Virus record (IMG/VR): IMGVR_UViG_3300042882_001046
Coordinates: 32,001-96,000 of that record
Length of the DNA: 64,000 nt
From: a virus
Strand: one strand, 5' to 3'
The position numbers were made by a program, and so were the translations under genes. Below the pieces are notes generated by a model that was given only the letters and a program-made list of their open reading frames with translations, ran no database searches and was not told where the DNA came from. Below, piece by piece: positions 10,091 to 20,745 of the stretch. The first letter of the stretch is position 1; every line of letters begins with the position of its first letter.

Positions 10091-10300
10091 TTATTCAATA
10101 ACTTCATCGATTTTACTTTCAGACACCGCAGTGATTCTCCAATCATGTGTGAACCCCTCGTATTTTTTTGTTACTTTCGCTTCAACGTCTGTAACTGAAA
10201 AACCTTTTACAAGTTTTTCTTCTCTGATTTTTTTAATCTTTCCTGAATTTTCATCAGGGAAATCGTACTGAATTTTTGCTACAAAATATTTTTCTTCCAT
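10091..10300 (-). CDS. Small protein resembling Bacteroidota DUF4494
   Basis: YF.AKI.Y....G..KK..E..LV...S.T.VEA pattern recalls DUF4494 (by eye only). Confidence 0.5.
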   Translation of the reverse strand: MEEKYFVAKIQYDFPDENSGKIKKIREEKLVKGFSVTDVEAKVTKKYEGFTHDWRITAVSESKIDEVIE

Positions 10301-10304
10301 AATT

Positions 10305-11021
10305 TTATTTTCCTAAAAAATCGTTCAATTTTTTCATTAAGTCAACTGATTTTTCAACATAATCATTTCCTTGTTTTGTTTTTATTTCTTCGTCTAAATT
10401 TTCCTCATACTTATTTCTGTCATCAGGATTTGAAAACAAATAAGCTCCTGGTGTAGATGGTGACGAAACTAAGTCAAAACATATAAGTTCAAAATCATCT
10501 TGAACTTCATTTCTTTCTCCAACTTTTTTAAGTGAACCAACCCCTCTTGATGATACTCCCATAGTAACACCTTGTCTCATTAAATTTGCTGCAATGTCTC
10601 CTTTTGTTGAAACAATTCCTCTTTCATGAAACCCTGGAGAAGTTAATAATTTTAACTTACCCATTAAGATATTTTTGTCCCACCAAATATCTGTGATAAT
10701 GTGAGACACTCTATCTAAGTCAATAAGTGATGATTCAGGGTGATTTAATTCTGAAGTTGATAATCCTTTAGCAATGGATTGTTTATATCTTTCGGCTTCT
10801 CTTTTTAATATTCTTTCAGGATAAGTTCTACCGTTTCTATTTGGTGTATCGTATTTCTGAAGTACCGCGTAAAATTCGAAAGGATTTCTATAATCAAGAT
10901 TTGTTGCTTCTTTTAATACCTCGATGTTACGAACATCGGTTGGGGAAACAAATCCAGCATCCATTTCAATCAATATACCATGACCAATCTCGCTGGCCTC
11001 TAAAATTCTTAAATTTTTCAT
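10305..11021 (-). CDS. Prohead protease, T4 gp21-like
   Basis: NRNGRTYP, ELNHPE (His), GVSSRGVGS (Ser) and DLVSSPSTPGAY motifs. Confidence 0.93.
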   Translation of the reverse strand: MKNLRILEASEIGHGILIEMDAGFVSPTDVRNIEVLKEATNLDYRNPFEFYAVLQKYDTPNRNGRTYPERILKREAERYKQSIAKGLSTSELNHPESSLIDLDRVSHIITDIWWDKNILMGKLKLLTSPGFHERGIVSTKGDIAANLMRQGVTMGVSSRGVGSLKKVGERNEVQDDFELICFDLVSSPSTPGAYLFSNPDDRNKYEENLDEEIKTKQGNDYVEKSVDLMKKLNDFLGK

Positions 11022-11057
11022 CTAATCTTTTAAGATAAATATACCGTTTTGAATAGT

Positions 11058-11498
11058 TTATTGAGTAACTTCTTTTTTTGAGTTTGAAAATTCAAAGTAT
11101 TTGTTTTGTATTACGTTATTTTTGTATACCGATTTTACTATAGTTTTTACTGAATCTTTAATTTCATTACATTTAAAATCCATTTCACATAAGGTATATA
11201 AGTTAATTTCTAAATTAAAAAAAGATTTTTTTCCTTTTGATATTCCACTTGTCCTTAGGTCTAAATCAACAATACTTTTTTCTTTAAATAGTTTTGGGTT
11301 TATGGATTCGAAAACAGAATGTTTTATTTCTCTTCCTAAGTTTGAAACAACTCTGTTCCAATTATCGTAGTCATCTTTTGGTGTTACCCACGATTGAATG
11401 TTAATGTATACCGATTTTAAATTTTTAGAATCAACAGTTCCATACACAGACTTAATGGGATTGAATAGGTTAAGCTTTACACTTTTTCCTTTTTTCAT
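11058..11498 (-). CDS. Hypothetical protein of the head module
   Basis: 146-aa ORF between the protease gene and bS21. Confidence 0.65.
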   Translation of the reverse strand: MKKGKSVKLNLFNPIKSVYGTVDSKNLKSVYINIQSWVTPKDDYDNWNRVVSNLGREIKHSVFESINPKLFKEKSIVDLDLRTSGISKGKKSFFNLEINLYTLCEMDFKCNEIKDSVKTIVKSVYKNNVIQNKYFEFSNSKKEVTQ

Positions 11499-11596
11499 TA
11501 ATGTTCATATTATATACGTTTATTTTGTTAATCAAAAAATACGACATATATACCTAATTGTCAAAATTTTTTTTAAATCGGAGATATTTCTAGAAT

Positions 11597-11788
11597 ATGT
11601 TAATAGTAAAAATCAACCAAGGGGAAAATCTTGAGAGAGCTCTTAAGACCCTAAAATCAAAAGTAATCAAAACAAAACAAACTCAAAAGTTGTTTGAGAA
11701 AAAAGAGTATACAAAAAAATCTGTACTTAGAAGAGCACAGATTTTAAAGGCAAAATACATACAACGCAAAAATTCAGAATTAAATTGA
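11597..11788 (+). CDS. rpsU: 30S ribosomal protein bS21, Bacteroidota type
   Basis: MLIVKI..GENLERALK..K.K..KT....L..K.EY.K.S..RR..I.KA.Y matches bS21; Tyr at position 54. Confidence 0.9.
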   Translation: MLIVKINQGENLERALKTLKSKVIKTKQTQKLFEKKEYTKKSVLRRAQILKAKYIQRKNSELN

Positions 11789-12493
11789 TTCTTCTAAATT
11801 CTTTAATTTTAAAAAGTTAAGTTGGTCAAACTTCTCGAGTTTAACTTTGTCTATAGTTTCAGAAATTCTTGTTTTCATTTCTTCAGCTTCTTCTTTTTCT
11901 AAAATATTATTTAATTTAGAAATTGCACTTTCACGAATAGTTTCAAATTTAGTTTCTAAAACTTTTGTATCTTCAGACACTAATTGAAAAAATTCTTTTT
12001 TAGAGTTTTCATCTAATGTTTCTATATAATTTCTAATGGTTTGGTTTGCAACCGTAACCATAGAACTTATTGGAATATTCACACTTTCCTTAATTGATTC
12101 TTTATTAGATGTTAGAATTTTAATTAGGTTCTTTTTAGCATTAACCCTTTCAACTAAATTAATTCTTTGGCTATAAACTAAAGTATCAATATCCGAATAA
12201 TTATTTTCAGTTTTTTCAGAAACGTTTGACGGAAGTTTTACTGTTGGTAACACTTTGTTTAAAATATTGATTCCCTCTTCAATAAAATATTTAGCGTCCT
12301 GTTCACTTAAACCTTGTGGAGTACTTAACTGGTCGTATATAGTATACGCCTTAGACATAGATTTATTACTCAAAACATTGTGTTTGAATTCTCTCAATGT
12401 CTTCTTGAATTCCTTTTCATTTTTGTAGGACTCCAAAAGATTTTTTTCAATAAGGGATTTTACGGCTCCAAAGGTCATTTTGTTCTTTTTCAA
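11780..12493 (-). CDS. Hypothetical helical protein downstream of the portal gene
   Basis: 237-aa ORF, TATTTAT upstream. Confidence 0.65.
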   Translation of the reverse strand: MKKNKMTFGAVKSLIEKNLLESYKNEKEFKKTLREFKHNVLSNKSMSKAYTIYDQLSTPQGLSEQDAKYFIEEGINILNKVLPTVKLPSNVSEKTENNYSDIDTLVYSQRINLVERVNAKKNLIKILTSNKESIKESVNIPISSMVTVANQTIRNYIETLDENSKKEFFQLVSEDTKVLETKFETIRESAISKLNNILEKEEAEEMKTRISETIDKVKLEKFDQLNFLKLKNLEESI

Positions 12494-12500
12494 ATAAATA

Positions 12501-14351
12501 TTATGAATTTAATAACTTATCCAATTCTTTTGAAATTTCTCCTAAAGAATCTTGTCCGTGACCTAAATTTATCATTTCCGCCCCCTCAATTAGATTATTT
12601 TCAACCAAAATATTAAGGTCTTTCATTTTTGATTCTGGTGTTACTTCTCCTCCTGCTGGTGGAGCTTCAGCTGGTGGGGCTTCAGGTAATGGAGGTTCTC
12701 CTCCTGATAAATCACCTCCACCAAATGATGGTGGTGGTGCCAATTCTTCACCTCCATCAGGAGTTGTTGCCGCTCCTGCACTTGGTGTTGCACCTGTTGC
12801 ACTTCCATAAAGTTTATCAATATTATCAAATAAACCTGTCTTGGTAATAACAGTAGGTGTTGCCTTAAGTTCTTCCCCAACCGCTCTTTCAATTCTTTGT
12901 TGTTGTAAGTCAAGACGAACTTCTTCATCAGACCAACCAAAGATATGTTTCTTAGCCCATGTAGATGAAGTTGCCTGAATACCGTTTCCTGGGTCAGCAA
13001 CCAAATCTTTGTATAACAATACCTTTTCTTTCCAAACATCAATTTTTAATAAATCCGCTTGAGTTGATGGATTTGTTAATCCTATTGTAAAGTTTGATAA
13101 TTCATCTTCAAATCCTAATAAAAATAAGTGAACGATTGCAATTTTGTTCAACTCTGCTAACATACTCTTTTGGATTCTGTTGATTGTACGAGCGAATCTA
13201 ATGTCTTGTAGTGCCAAGTTTTTACCATCACCAACAACTTCCTCAAATCCTAAGAATGCCTTAGGTACACGAAGAGCAGTTAATAGTTTCTTTTGGATAT
13301 ATTCAATATCTGCAATTTCAGATAGGTTAGTTGCACCAGGTAATGTTGTAATTGGGTCTGGTGCTGCTGGGTCACGTACAGGGATGAAGTAATCTTGGTC
13401 AACCGCCATTTGGTTGAATCTCATATCTACATTACCTGTCTTACTATCTACAATTTGCTCTCTTTTAAATTTGTTGGCAACACGTTGTACATATGCTTCA
13501 ACATCATCGTCATTCATATTTCCAACAAATACCTTGAACATTCTTCTTTCAGGTGCTCTTGATGTACGATAAATCAACATCGCGTCTTCCGATAATAAAA
13601 GTTGTTTCCAAATTCTTCTTGCTTTTTCCAACATAGAAGTACCATAAGGAAGTTTTCTATCATCACCCAATAATCTAAAGTGAGCAATTTCCCATGATTG
13701 GAATTCCATGTTTTTGTTCTTCCAAGTGAAATGTAGAGCCTTTCTATCCTTATCAACTTCTTGTTTTACGTCCGTTGCAATTTTACCACTTGCACCTACC
13801 TCATGTCTTTCAATTTCAATTGTAGGTAATTGTTGTACTCCAACAATTCCTTTTTCAGGGTCTAATTTTAAATAAACAAAGTTATCACCGTACTTACAAG
13901 TGTTTCTAGTCCACATTGGTAAGTTAGTGTTGATGTCTAAGGCGTTGTTAAATAAGTCGGCCAACACACCTTTAATTCTTTTTGATTCTGAATATATCTG
14001 TAAGATGAATCCATCTTCATTAGTGGTTGTTGATTCCTCAGCGTAGATATCTAATGCGGCAGAAATCTCAGGAGTATACTCCATTGATTCATAATCATAC
14101 TGAGCCGATAATCTTGTTGGTTCATAATAAATTGCTTGTGAATAAAGGTTGTTTTCTACCTTTGTCCACTGATTAGTAAGATAATAAGTTTGTTGTGCCT
14201 GAAGTTTTTCTTTCTCGTATTCTTCTCTACTTTTTGTGCGTAGAAGTTCCTTTTTATCAAACTTGAATGTTGGATAATCCTGTTGTAAAAGTGAGTTCGG
14301 TCCAAATGTTTGTGACAGTCGTTGCCAAACCGTCATATTCTGTTCTGCCAT
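12501..14351 (-). CDS. Portal protein, T4 gp20-like
   Basis: SMLE.ARR.WKQL.L.EDAM.IYR.SRAPERR.F, DYF.P.R, I.TLPG and AL.VP motifs; Pro/Gly-rich tail. Confidence 0.95.
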   Translation of the reverse strand: MAEQNMTVWQRLSQTFGPNSLLQQDYPTFKFDKKELLRTKSREEYEKEKLQAQQTYYLTNQWTKVENNLYSQAIYYEPTRLSAQYDYESMEYTPEISAALDIYAEESTTTNEDGFILQIYSESKRIKGVLADLFNNALDINTNLPMWTRNTCKYGDNFVYLKLDPEKGIVGVQQLPTIEIERHEVGASGKIATDVKQEVDKDRKALHFTWKNKNMEFQSWEIAHFRLLGDDRKLPYGTSMLEKARRIWKQLLLSEDAMLIYRTSRAPERRMFKVFVGNMNDDDVEAYVQRVANKFKREQIVDSKTGNVDMRFNQMAVDQDYFIPVRDPAAPDPITTLPGATNLSEIADIEYIQKKLLTALRVPKAFLGFEEVVGDGKNLALQDIRFARTINRIQKSMLAELNKIAIVHLFLLGFEDELSNFTIGLTNPSTQADLLKIDVWKEKVLLYKDLVADPGNGIQATSSTWAKKHIFGWSDEEVRLDLQQQRIERAVGEELKATPTVITKTGLFDNIDKLYGSATGATPSAGAATTPDGGEELAPPPSFGGGDLSGGEPPLPEAPPAEAPPAGGEVTPESKMKDLNILVENNLIEGAEMINLGHGQDSLGEISKELDKLLNS

Positions 14352-14388
14352 ATTATAAGTTTACTTATTACCTTGATAATATAAATAG

Positions 14389-16149
14389 TTATTTGGCACC
14401 AAATAACCACCCATATTTTTGGTAATCGGCTTTGGACGCCCCGTTATTCGTAAGGTGGGGGTCTCTTCCCATTTGGGGAACCATCGGATTAAAAAATTCT
14501 GACGTGTTTTTATTTTCACTCATAACAGTAGACCATGAATTCAACATTGCCTTTGTATGATTAACAACTTTACTTAAAGACGCAAATGATTTTTCTGCAA
14601 TGTATATTGCCATAGATAAACCCATTATACAGTCATCGTGTTGTCCTTTTTGGTGGTCAGGTCTTCCGTTTATGTAAACAAAAGTATTCATTTCGTTGTA
14701 AGTCCTATGAGAATATATTTTAAACCCGTGTCTAACCGCTTCCTCAAATGCCGCAATAATTTGAACCCTTTTTGTGTTAAAATTAATACCAGGTATTTTG
14801 TCATTAATTTTTGGGTCCCATTTCCATTTGTTTGTTGTATCAACACCATCAACATATAATCCCCCTTCGTATTGAAGTTCTTGCATTTTTCTTGCGGTTG
14901 AAACTCCCATACCACCTGTAATATCAATTACACAATAAGCATTATACATTGTACCCCACTTGTAGGCAATTTCAGCTAATATATCTGGAGGTATTTTTCC
15001 AACATATTCAAAAACTTGTTCTCTATCGTCAAAATCAATAATTTCTATTGATGAAAAATCTTCTGAATCTCCTCTTGAAACGTCGACACCCATTACGTAC
15101 TTATGTCCATTAACTGGTTCTTTAAAAATCCACAAGGAATTACCCATCAATTTTGCTTGAGGGTCTCTTAATTGATTTTTAGAAATATTCTGCATTAACT
15201 CAGAATCAAATACGTTATCCCCTGAACCCAAGAAATTACATTCCAACTCCTGAGCCACTTTACGTCTATCGTATTTAAGTTTTTTTACCATACTCTCAAA
15301 CCATGAAGAACACGGTTTGTACCCTTGCTCAACATAATTTTTTACAACACTATGGTCTCTCTCATATGGATTATCCATAGATAAGTCTATCAAAACATCA
15401 ACTGGATAATCTTCCCTGTTCAATAGATAATGAACTAAATCATTTGTCTTAACCATGTAAAGGTCTTTTGTATATCGAGGGTCTCTGAACCAAAACATTT
15501 CAGAGATTTTGAAATCGTTCATACCTCGTAAGGCTTGGTCATAAATTTCGTAATAGATTGGGTCGTAACCGTTTGGTGTGGATACAACAATAACTTTACC
15601 TCCCGTTGATAGTGAGGCCATACACGCTGACCAGAAATCTCCGTCAGCCTCGATAAACGCCGCCTCATCAAAAATAAGAATGGTTGGGGTATATCCCCTC
15701 AAAGCATCTTTTGAAGTTGCAACCGCCTTAACTTCACATCCGTTGTTAAGTTTAAAGTGTCTTTGTGAATTTTTTTCCACAGAGAATCCAATACCAACCC
15801 AAGCAGGCCATTGTTCTGTAAAACTTCTAACCTTATTTGCCATCTCCATGGAGGTATCCAACTTGTTGGCAATGATTAGAATTTTTTCAGGTTTTTCTTT
15901 TCTTGCAAATGCAAGTTTTTTTGACGCCCAAGCGGCTGTAACTGTAGATACACCTGCCTGACGATACTTCAAGGCGATGTTTTCGTTGTAGTTTTCGTAA
16001 TCTTCTAATAGGGAAACTTGGTCTGGAAATAAATCCAATGGAACATACTTAGAGACTGTGTTGTCGTATGTTTGTAAATAAGTACGAAGTGCGTAAGGAG
16101 TACTCCTCATACACTTCGTATATTCTATAATTAATTGTTCTTTAGTCAC
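14389..16149 (-). CDS. Terminase large subunit, gp17-like
   Basis: Walker A YRQAGVST, Walker B ILIFDEAAF, nuclease GVDVSRG..DFS and HDD motifs; GTG start. Confidence 0.95.
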   Translation of the reverse strand: MTKEQLIIEYTKCMRSTPYALRTYLQTYDNTVSKYVPLDLFPDQVSLLEDYENYNENIALKYRQAGVSTVTAAWASKKLAFARKEKPEKILIIANKLDTSMEMANKVRSFTEQWPAWVGIGFSVEKNSQRHFKLNNGCEVKAVATSKDALRGYTPTILIFDEAAFIEADGDFWSACMASLSTGGKVIVVSTPNGYDPIYYEIYDQALRGMNDFKISEMFWFRDPRYTKDLYMVKTNDLVHYLLNREDYPVDVLIDLSMDNPYERDHSVVKNYVEQGYKPCSSWFESMVKKLKYDRRKVAQELECNFLGSGDNVFDSELMQNISKNQLRDPQAKLMGNSLWIFKEPVNGHKYVMGVDVSRGDSEDFSSIEIIDFDDREQVFEYVGKIPPDILAEIAYKWGTMYNAYCVIDITGGMGVSTARKMQELQYEGGLYVDGVDTTNKWKWDPKINDKIPGINFNTKRVQIIAAFEEAVRHGFKIYSHRTYNEMNTFVYINGRPDHQKGQHDDCIMGLSMAIYIAEKSFASLSKVVNHTKAMLNSWSTVMSENKNTSEFFNPMVPQMGRDPHLTNNGASKADYQKYGWLFGAK

Positions 16150-16157
16150 ACATTTAG

Positions 16158-17489
16158 TTATTTAGGTCTCGATATACCTAAACCGCTAAAGAAATCATCA
16201 AGTCCATCGTCCTCGTCATCATCGTCTGAATCACCAGGTCCTAAACTACCTAAGAAATCACTCATTTCTTCATCGTCATTACTTTGTTTGTAGTCGTCGT
16301 ACTCGGTTTTAAGTTGTTGAGCTTCTCTCATAATTTCTTTGAATTTTGAAGTTGCTTTTCTAACTTTTGATTCATCCTCTGAAATTGCAAGTCCGATTAA
16401 TTCTAAAAACTCTTCGGCTGGTATCTGGTATAATACAGTGTGAAACCAGTTTATCAGGCCCTTGTTTGATTCTGAATACATTTCATCAGGTAATGCAAAC
16501 CTGATTTTTTCAACAATCTCAGGACCTATTCTAAGTTGCATAGGTTCGTTTGACAGGAGGTCTGTTTGACCCATAACTCTTTGAGCCATTTCAGGGTCTT
16601 GAGGTAATCCATATCTACCTTTTGCTTCTTCAATACCTTTAATAATTTCATGACATAGGATAGGAAAAATCATACCGTCGGCAATAATTTTAGTGTTTGA
16701 AGATTCTCCTCCCTCATCATCGCCACTTTCTTCTTCATCATCATTGTCTTCAAGTTTAACTTTTCCAGCAACACCTTGACCACTTTGACTCATCATTTCA
16801 ATCATTTGTTCCATACTAAAATACATGAAATCGTTGATTGCCATAATACCCAAATAATCTCTGTACAAAGAAGGGTTGATTGCGTCTAATCTTGCTTTGA
16901 CATCAGGTTTTTGAAAAATATAATGTCCTTTCTTTGCAGCTCCTTGAACAATTGCGTTGATGATATTTCTCTTATGTTTTTCTAATTCTAAAATTTCCTC
17001 GTCGGTCAAATCTTCAACATCGAACGATGGAATTTCTGGCATCTCAGGTTTTTCTTTTTTCTCAGGTTTTTCTTCTTGATATCTAAAGTCAGAAGTATCG
17101 ATACCATCTCTATTCAATCTAGCCTCAATTTCAAACCAATCCTCAGGAACCTCAGTTTCTTCTAATGAAGCCTCCTTTGCTAAATCTTCCAACTCTTCTC
17201 TATGTGCCGCCTCAATTCTCATAATTGCAGGAAGTTTTCTCATCATTTCTTGGTAAACCATACCTTGAACTTGTTGAGAACTAATATCTTCTATACCTGT
17301 AACTTGTTTTAATTTGTCCGCAACTTTTCCAAATCTTGAACTAACTAATCTTTGTACATCCTGTGCACCTTTTTTCATGGCAGGATTCTGAGCGTATAAA
17401 CTTTCAGGGCTAGCTAATTTTCTTTCTAACCTTGGGTCCATTCTTTCAGGTCTGTCCCCGTAATTTATTTGTTCTTTAATCTTTGCCAT
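16158..17489 (-). CDS. Hypothetical protein (443 aa, acidic)
   Basis: Long ORF co-oriented in the head/packaging cluster. Confidence 0.7.
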   Translation of the reverse strand: MAKIKEQINYGDRPERMDPRLERKLASPESLYAQNPAMKKGAQDVQRLVSSRFGKVADKLKQVTGIEDISSQQVQGMVYQEMMRKLPAIMRIEAAHREELEDLAKEASLEETEVPEDWFEIEARLNRDGIDTSDFRYQEEKPEKKEKPEMPEIPSFDVEDLTDEEILELEKHKRNIINAIVQGAAKKGHYIFQKPDVKARLDAINPSLYRDYLGIMAINDFMYFSMEQMIEMMSQSGQGVAGKVKLEDNDDEEESGDDEGGESSNTKIIADGMIFPILCHEIIKGIEEAKGRYGLPQDPEMAQRVMGQTDLLSNEPMQLRIGPEIVEKIRFALPDEMYSESNKGLINWFHTVLYQIPAEEFLELIGLAISEDESKVRKATSKFKEIMREAQQLKTEYDDYKQSNDDEEMSDFLGSLGPGDSDDDDEDDGLDDFFSGLGISRPK

Positions 17490-17490
17490 T

Positions 17491-18309
17491 TTATTTTTTC
17501 AATAGGTTTAAAATTACGTCAATCACTTTATCCTTAGCGTCTTCAGGAGAAATCTTTCCTGCCTTAGGTGCTGGGTTTACTCCAGGGTTTGGATTTTGAC
17601 CAGGATGTTTTGGTCTTGGTCTTGTACCTGGTTTTGTAGTTGGTTTTGTTGCTGGTTTTGTTGGTGCCGTAGCAGGACCTTGTTCAGACAAATGTCTTAT
17701 CAAATCACCCTTGGTGATTCTTGGAGGTAAGTTTTTTTCTACTATTTTCATAATTTGAGATTCAATAAACAAAGATACAGGATTTTTTCCTTCTCCCAAC
17801 TGTTTTTTTACTTCTTTTACACATCTTTCCCATTTTCTAGATTTTTTTGGTCCAACTTGGGAATGACAAATAGCCCATGGGTTTGGTTTGTTTTTCTTTG
17901 CTTCAGACATTCCCATCATATTTCTGTTATCATCCGAATCATCATCCATTCCATCAGGTGCCATATCATTAGCATCATGAGGGGCTTCTTGACCTGTAAG
18001 ATTTTGTAGTGCGTCTGCACCTAAAGCGTTTTTGTCTGTAACATCATCTGTTTCAGTTTCTTTCATTTCACCCTCTTCCGCAGTAACCATAACTTCTTTT
18101 GTGTTAGGGTCTTGTGAAACAACAACATTACCTATTTTACCACCTTTAGGTCCTACTTTATAAGTTTTTTTAGCGGGTATTTCAGTAACTTGTTCTGATA
18201 TGAACAATTTTGTGTGAAGAGTTTCGACTTGTGATTCTGTTAACTTACTAACAGTTTTTGATGACAATCCCTTTTCAATTAACTCAAGGGCTTTTTTATT
18301 AATTTTCAT
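17491..18309 (-). CDS. Hypothetical protein with Pro/Thr/Lys-rich segment, probable head-internal protein
   Basis: 272-aa ORF with several xSEQ/LTE motifs. Confidence 0.65.
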   Translation of the reverse strand: MKINKKALELIEKGLSSKTVSKLTESQVETLHTKLFISEQVTEIPAKKTYKVGPKGGKIGNVVVSQDPNTKEVMVTAEEGEMKETETDDVTDKNALGADALQNLTGQEAPHDANDMAPDGMDDDSDDNRNMMGMSEAKKNKPNPWAICHSQVGPKKSRKWERCVKEVKKQLGEGKNPVSLFIESQIMKIVEKNLPPRITKGDLIRHLSEQGPATAPTKPATKPTTKPGTRPRPKHPGQNPNPGVNPAPKAGKISPEDAKDKVIDVILNLLKK

Positions 18310-18694
18310 ATACTACTTTCTTTTCGAATTCTAATATCAAATCTCTCTCGTAGAGTTTGTCTTTTATTTCTTGTTCTGACATTCCGAATCTAAAAACCAT
18401 TCTTTTTTGATTTTCTAATTCTTCTGTTTCCCAGGCTAATGCAACAACATCATCCATCGCATCTATCATACAAAAAAAATCGGAGTTCTGAATCAATTCC
18501 AATTTTACATCAGTATTCCTCAGAACTCCTACCTTTTTGATATATTGTATTTCAGGAGGACTAGGATAACCGTTTGACGGTTTACTTTCCCAAGAATCTC
18601 CCCACACATCAAGACTATTAGAGAAAATGAACTCGTAAAGATTGTCCCCTTTATAATTGGGTCCTAAACCATTTACGTATATCAATTGACTCAT
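18299..18694 (-). CDS. Hypothetical protein
   Basis: 131-aa ORF overlapping both neighbours. Confidence 0.65.
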   Translation of the reverse strand: MSQLIYVNGLGPNYKGDNLYEFIFSNSLDVWGDSWESKPSNGYPSPPEIQYIKKVGVLRNTDVKLELIQNSDFFCMIDAMDDVVALAWETEELENQKRMVFRFGMSEQEIKDKLYERDLILEFEKKVVYEN

Positions 18695-19914
18695 ACTAAT
18701 AATCCTTCAGGTGATATTTTTACTTCTTTTCCTTTATTTTCAAACACCAAATTTTTCTTGTTAGTTTTTCCAACAATTTTAGCTGAGATGTTTTCTTCTA
18801 AAAATTTTTGAGCCGCTAATTCTTGTTCAACTGTTTCAGTAAGTTTGATAACGGATTTCATTTGTTTTCTAACTTCAGAAACAACCGCAAGTTTTTTATT
18901 AGCATACTTTTCTTTGTTTTCAAGAATTTCTTTTTTAGTTAATTCAAAATATTTTGAAATTACTTTATCTACTGGTGATTCCGAAAAAATACTGTCAATA
19001 ATTGCCCCGTTTCCGTAATCTTCTTCATCCATTTCACTTTCAACTGGAATATCCATATCCGCTTGGATGTCTTCAACTTCAGTATCATCTGTAAAATCCT
19101 CTCCATCCATATCATCACCACCTAAATCTTCAGCATCTTCTTCAAATTTTGCTAAGATGTCTTCTTTGTCTTCTTCAGATAAAATTTTAAGGTCTAATGC
19201 AGATATCACCATGTTGATAACATACTTCACATCTTCAGATGTCATACCTTCTTGGTTATCTAAAGTTCTGATTTTTTGGGTTAACTTTCCTGTAAGTTTT
19301 TGAATCGTTCTAAAAGTTACTGTTTCTTCTCCGTCCATTTCAGGTGCTTCAATATCCATTTCCGCATCAACTTCAACATCTCCTTCAGGTCCCATGTCTT
19401 CCATACCCATATCTAAATTCATTTCATCTTCTCCCGAAGGCATTTCTGCATTAGGTGATGGTGGTAAAGATGGTGCAGGTACCGCTGGTGGTGCCGCAGG
19501 AACTTCAGCCATTGGAGCTGGTTCCGCCTTAGGTTTAGGAGTTTTTAAGACAAACTTTTTTTGTTCTCCAAATAAAGAAATACCTTCTTCATTTTCATTA
19601 AGTCTGTTTAATTCTCCAGCAACTAAATTTAATCTTTTGAATGCTTGAGAATATGAAGAATAGTATTTTCTATTTTTCATTGGCTCAATGTACTCAGTTT
19701 CAGATTCGGAAATAGTTTTTTTAATAATATATCCTTGTCTTTCTTTAACAATTTCATATTTGTTGCCGTCTGCAAGACCGATAGAATATTCAGTTTTGGC
19801 AGTTTCATTTATATTCGATGGAACTACTTCGTTAAAACGTGCAATTTCCATGATTCTTTTTAATTTATCTTGGCCAGTTAATTTTTCACTACCAATTGGT
19901 TTTAAATCTCCCAT
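18691..19914 (-). CDS. Hypothetical acidic/Pro-rich protein, probable prohead core component
   Basis: 407-aa ORF with low-complexity linkers. Confidence 0.65.
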   Translation of the reverse strand: MGDLKPIGSEKLTGQDKLKRIMEIARFNEVVPSNINETAKTEYSIGLADGNKYEIVKERQGYIIKKTISESETEYIEPMKNRKYYSSYSQAFKRLNLVAGELNRLNENEEGISLFGEQKKFVLKTPKPKAEPAPMAEVPAAPPAVPAPSLPPSPNAEMPSGEDEMNLDMGMEDMGPEGDVEVDAEMDIEAPEMDGEETVTFRTIQKLTGKLTQKIRTLDNQEGMTSEDVKYVINMVISALDLKILSEEDKEDILAKFEEDAEDLGGDDMDGEDFTDDTEVEDIQADMDIPVESEMDEEDYGNGAIIDSIFSESPVDKVISKYFELTKKEILENKEKYANKKLAVVSEVRKQMKSVIKLTETVEQELAAQKFLEENISAKIVGKTNKKNLVFENKGKEVKISPEGLLV

Positions 19915-19937
19915 ATTACGATTTATTTATTTTTACT

Positions 19938-20690
19938 TTAGTTGTTTAATCCTTGGAATCCTCCTAAAGATATTGCGTTTAGTTGGACAATAACCTCATC
20001 ACCATCTTCACTTGTCATAACTGAATATGGTACTGTAGAACCAGATGGTGCAGTACCTCCACTAAATGACCCTAACATACCAATAGTGTATTGATATTGT
20101 TGGTTTACTTCAATAACAAATCCAATAGTTACACTTGGAGTTGGTGTAGATGTTGGTGTAGATGCTGGAGTTCCAGTTGGTGTTGGTGTTACTCCCGCAG
20201 TTCCTGTTGGAGACGCGGTAATACTTGGTGTTGGTGTTTTAGTTGCCGTGTTTGTTGGCGTTTGAGTTTGAGTATTTGTTACACTTGGTGTTGGTGTATT
20301 TGTTGTGGTTGCCGTGTTTGTTGGCGTTTGAGTGTTAGTTGCGGTATTTGTTGGCGTTTGAGTATTAGTTGGTGTAGGTGTTGGTGTTTTAGTTGCCGTA
20401 TTAGTTGGTGTTTGTGTTTGAGTTGTAGTAGGTGTTGGTGTTGAAGTGTTAGACGCTGTTGGGGTTGGAGTTACGTCTCCTAAACATTCAATACAAGTAT
20501 TCCATGGTCCATTAAATATTGTTGCCGTAAAGGCCAATGGAGTATCAAATCCAGGTGCAATTGTATAACAACCGTTGGCACCAGGAATTACAAGGTCATA
20601 AATTTTTCCCTCTATTAAGTCTGTTTCTATCTTTATGTAATAGTTCGTAGACGAACTACACGAAGAAGCTATATAATAATTAAGCGCCAT
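19938..20690 (-). CDS. Thr/Pro-rich repeat protein (possible glycosylated virion surface protein)
   Basis: Cys-containing N-domain followed by ~110 aa of TPTxT repeats. Confidence 0.65.
   Translation of the reverse strand: MALNYYIASSCSSSTNYYIKIETDLIEGKIYDLVIPGANGCYTIAPGFDTPLAFTATIFNGPWNTCIECLGDVTPTPTASNTSTPTPTTTQTQTPTNTATKTPTPTPTNTQTPTNTATNTQTPTNTATTTNTPTPSVTNTQTQTPTNTATKTPTPSITASPTGTAGVTPTPTGTPASTPTSTPTPSVTIGFVIEVNQQYQYTIGMLGSFSGGTAPSGSTVPYSVMTSEDGDEVIVQLNAISLGGFQGLNN
20130..20475 (-). repeat. Coding TPTNT/TPTPT repeats
   Basis: Repeated ttggtgttggtg / gtttgagt units. Confidence 0.8.
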
Positions 20691-20745
20691 CTAATTTTTT
20701 CTTTATAAATATACGATTATTCACATTTATTTAAAGTAATGAAGG

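Noticed and set aside
11580-11596. GGAG upstream of rpsU as a Flavobacteria-style autoregulatory Shine-Dalgarno
   Set aside because: Only 4 nt match with a 13-nt spacer, too weak to call.
6184-16149. Introns or inteins in the capsid, portal or terminase genes
   Set aside because: The ORFs are continuous with family-typical lengths and show no intein or homing-endonuclease motifs.
20091-20444. Cys/Trp-rich plus-strand ORF (CWCRCW...)
   Set aside because: It is the antisense shadow of the TPT repeat protein.
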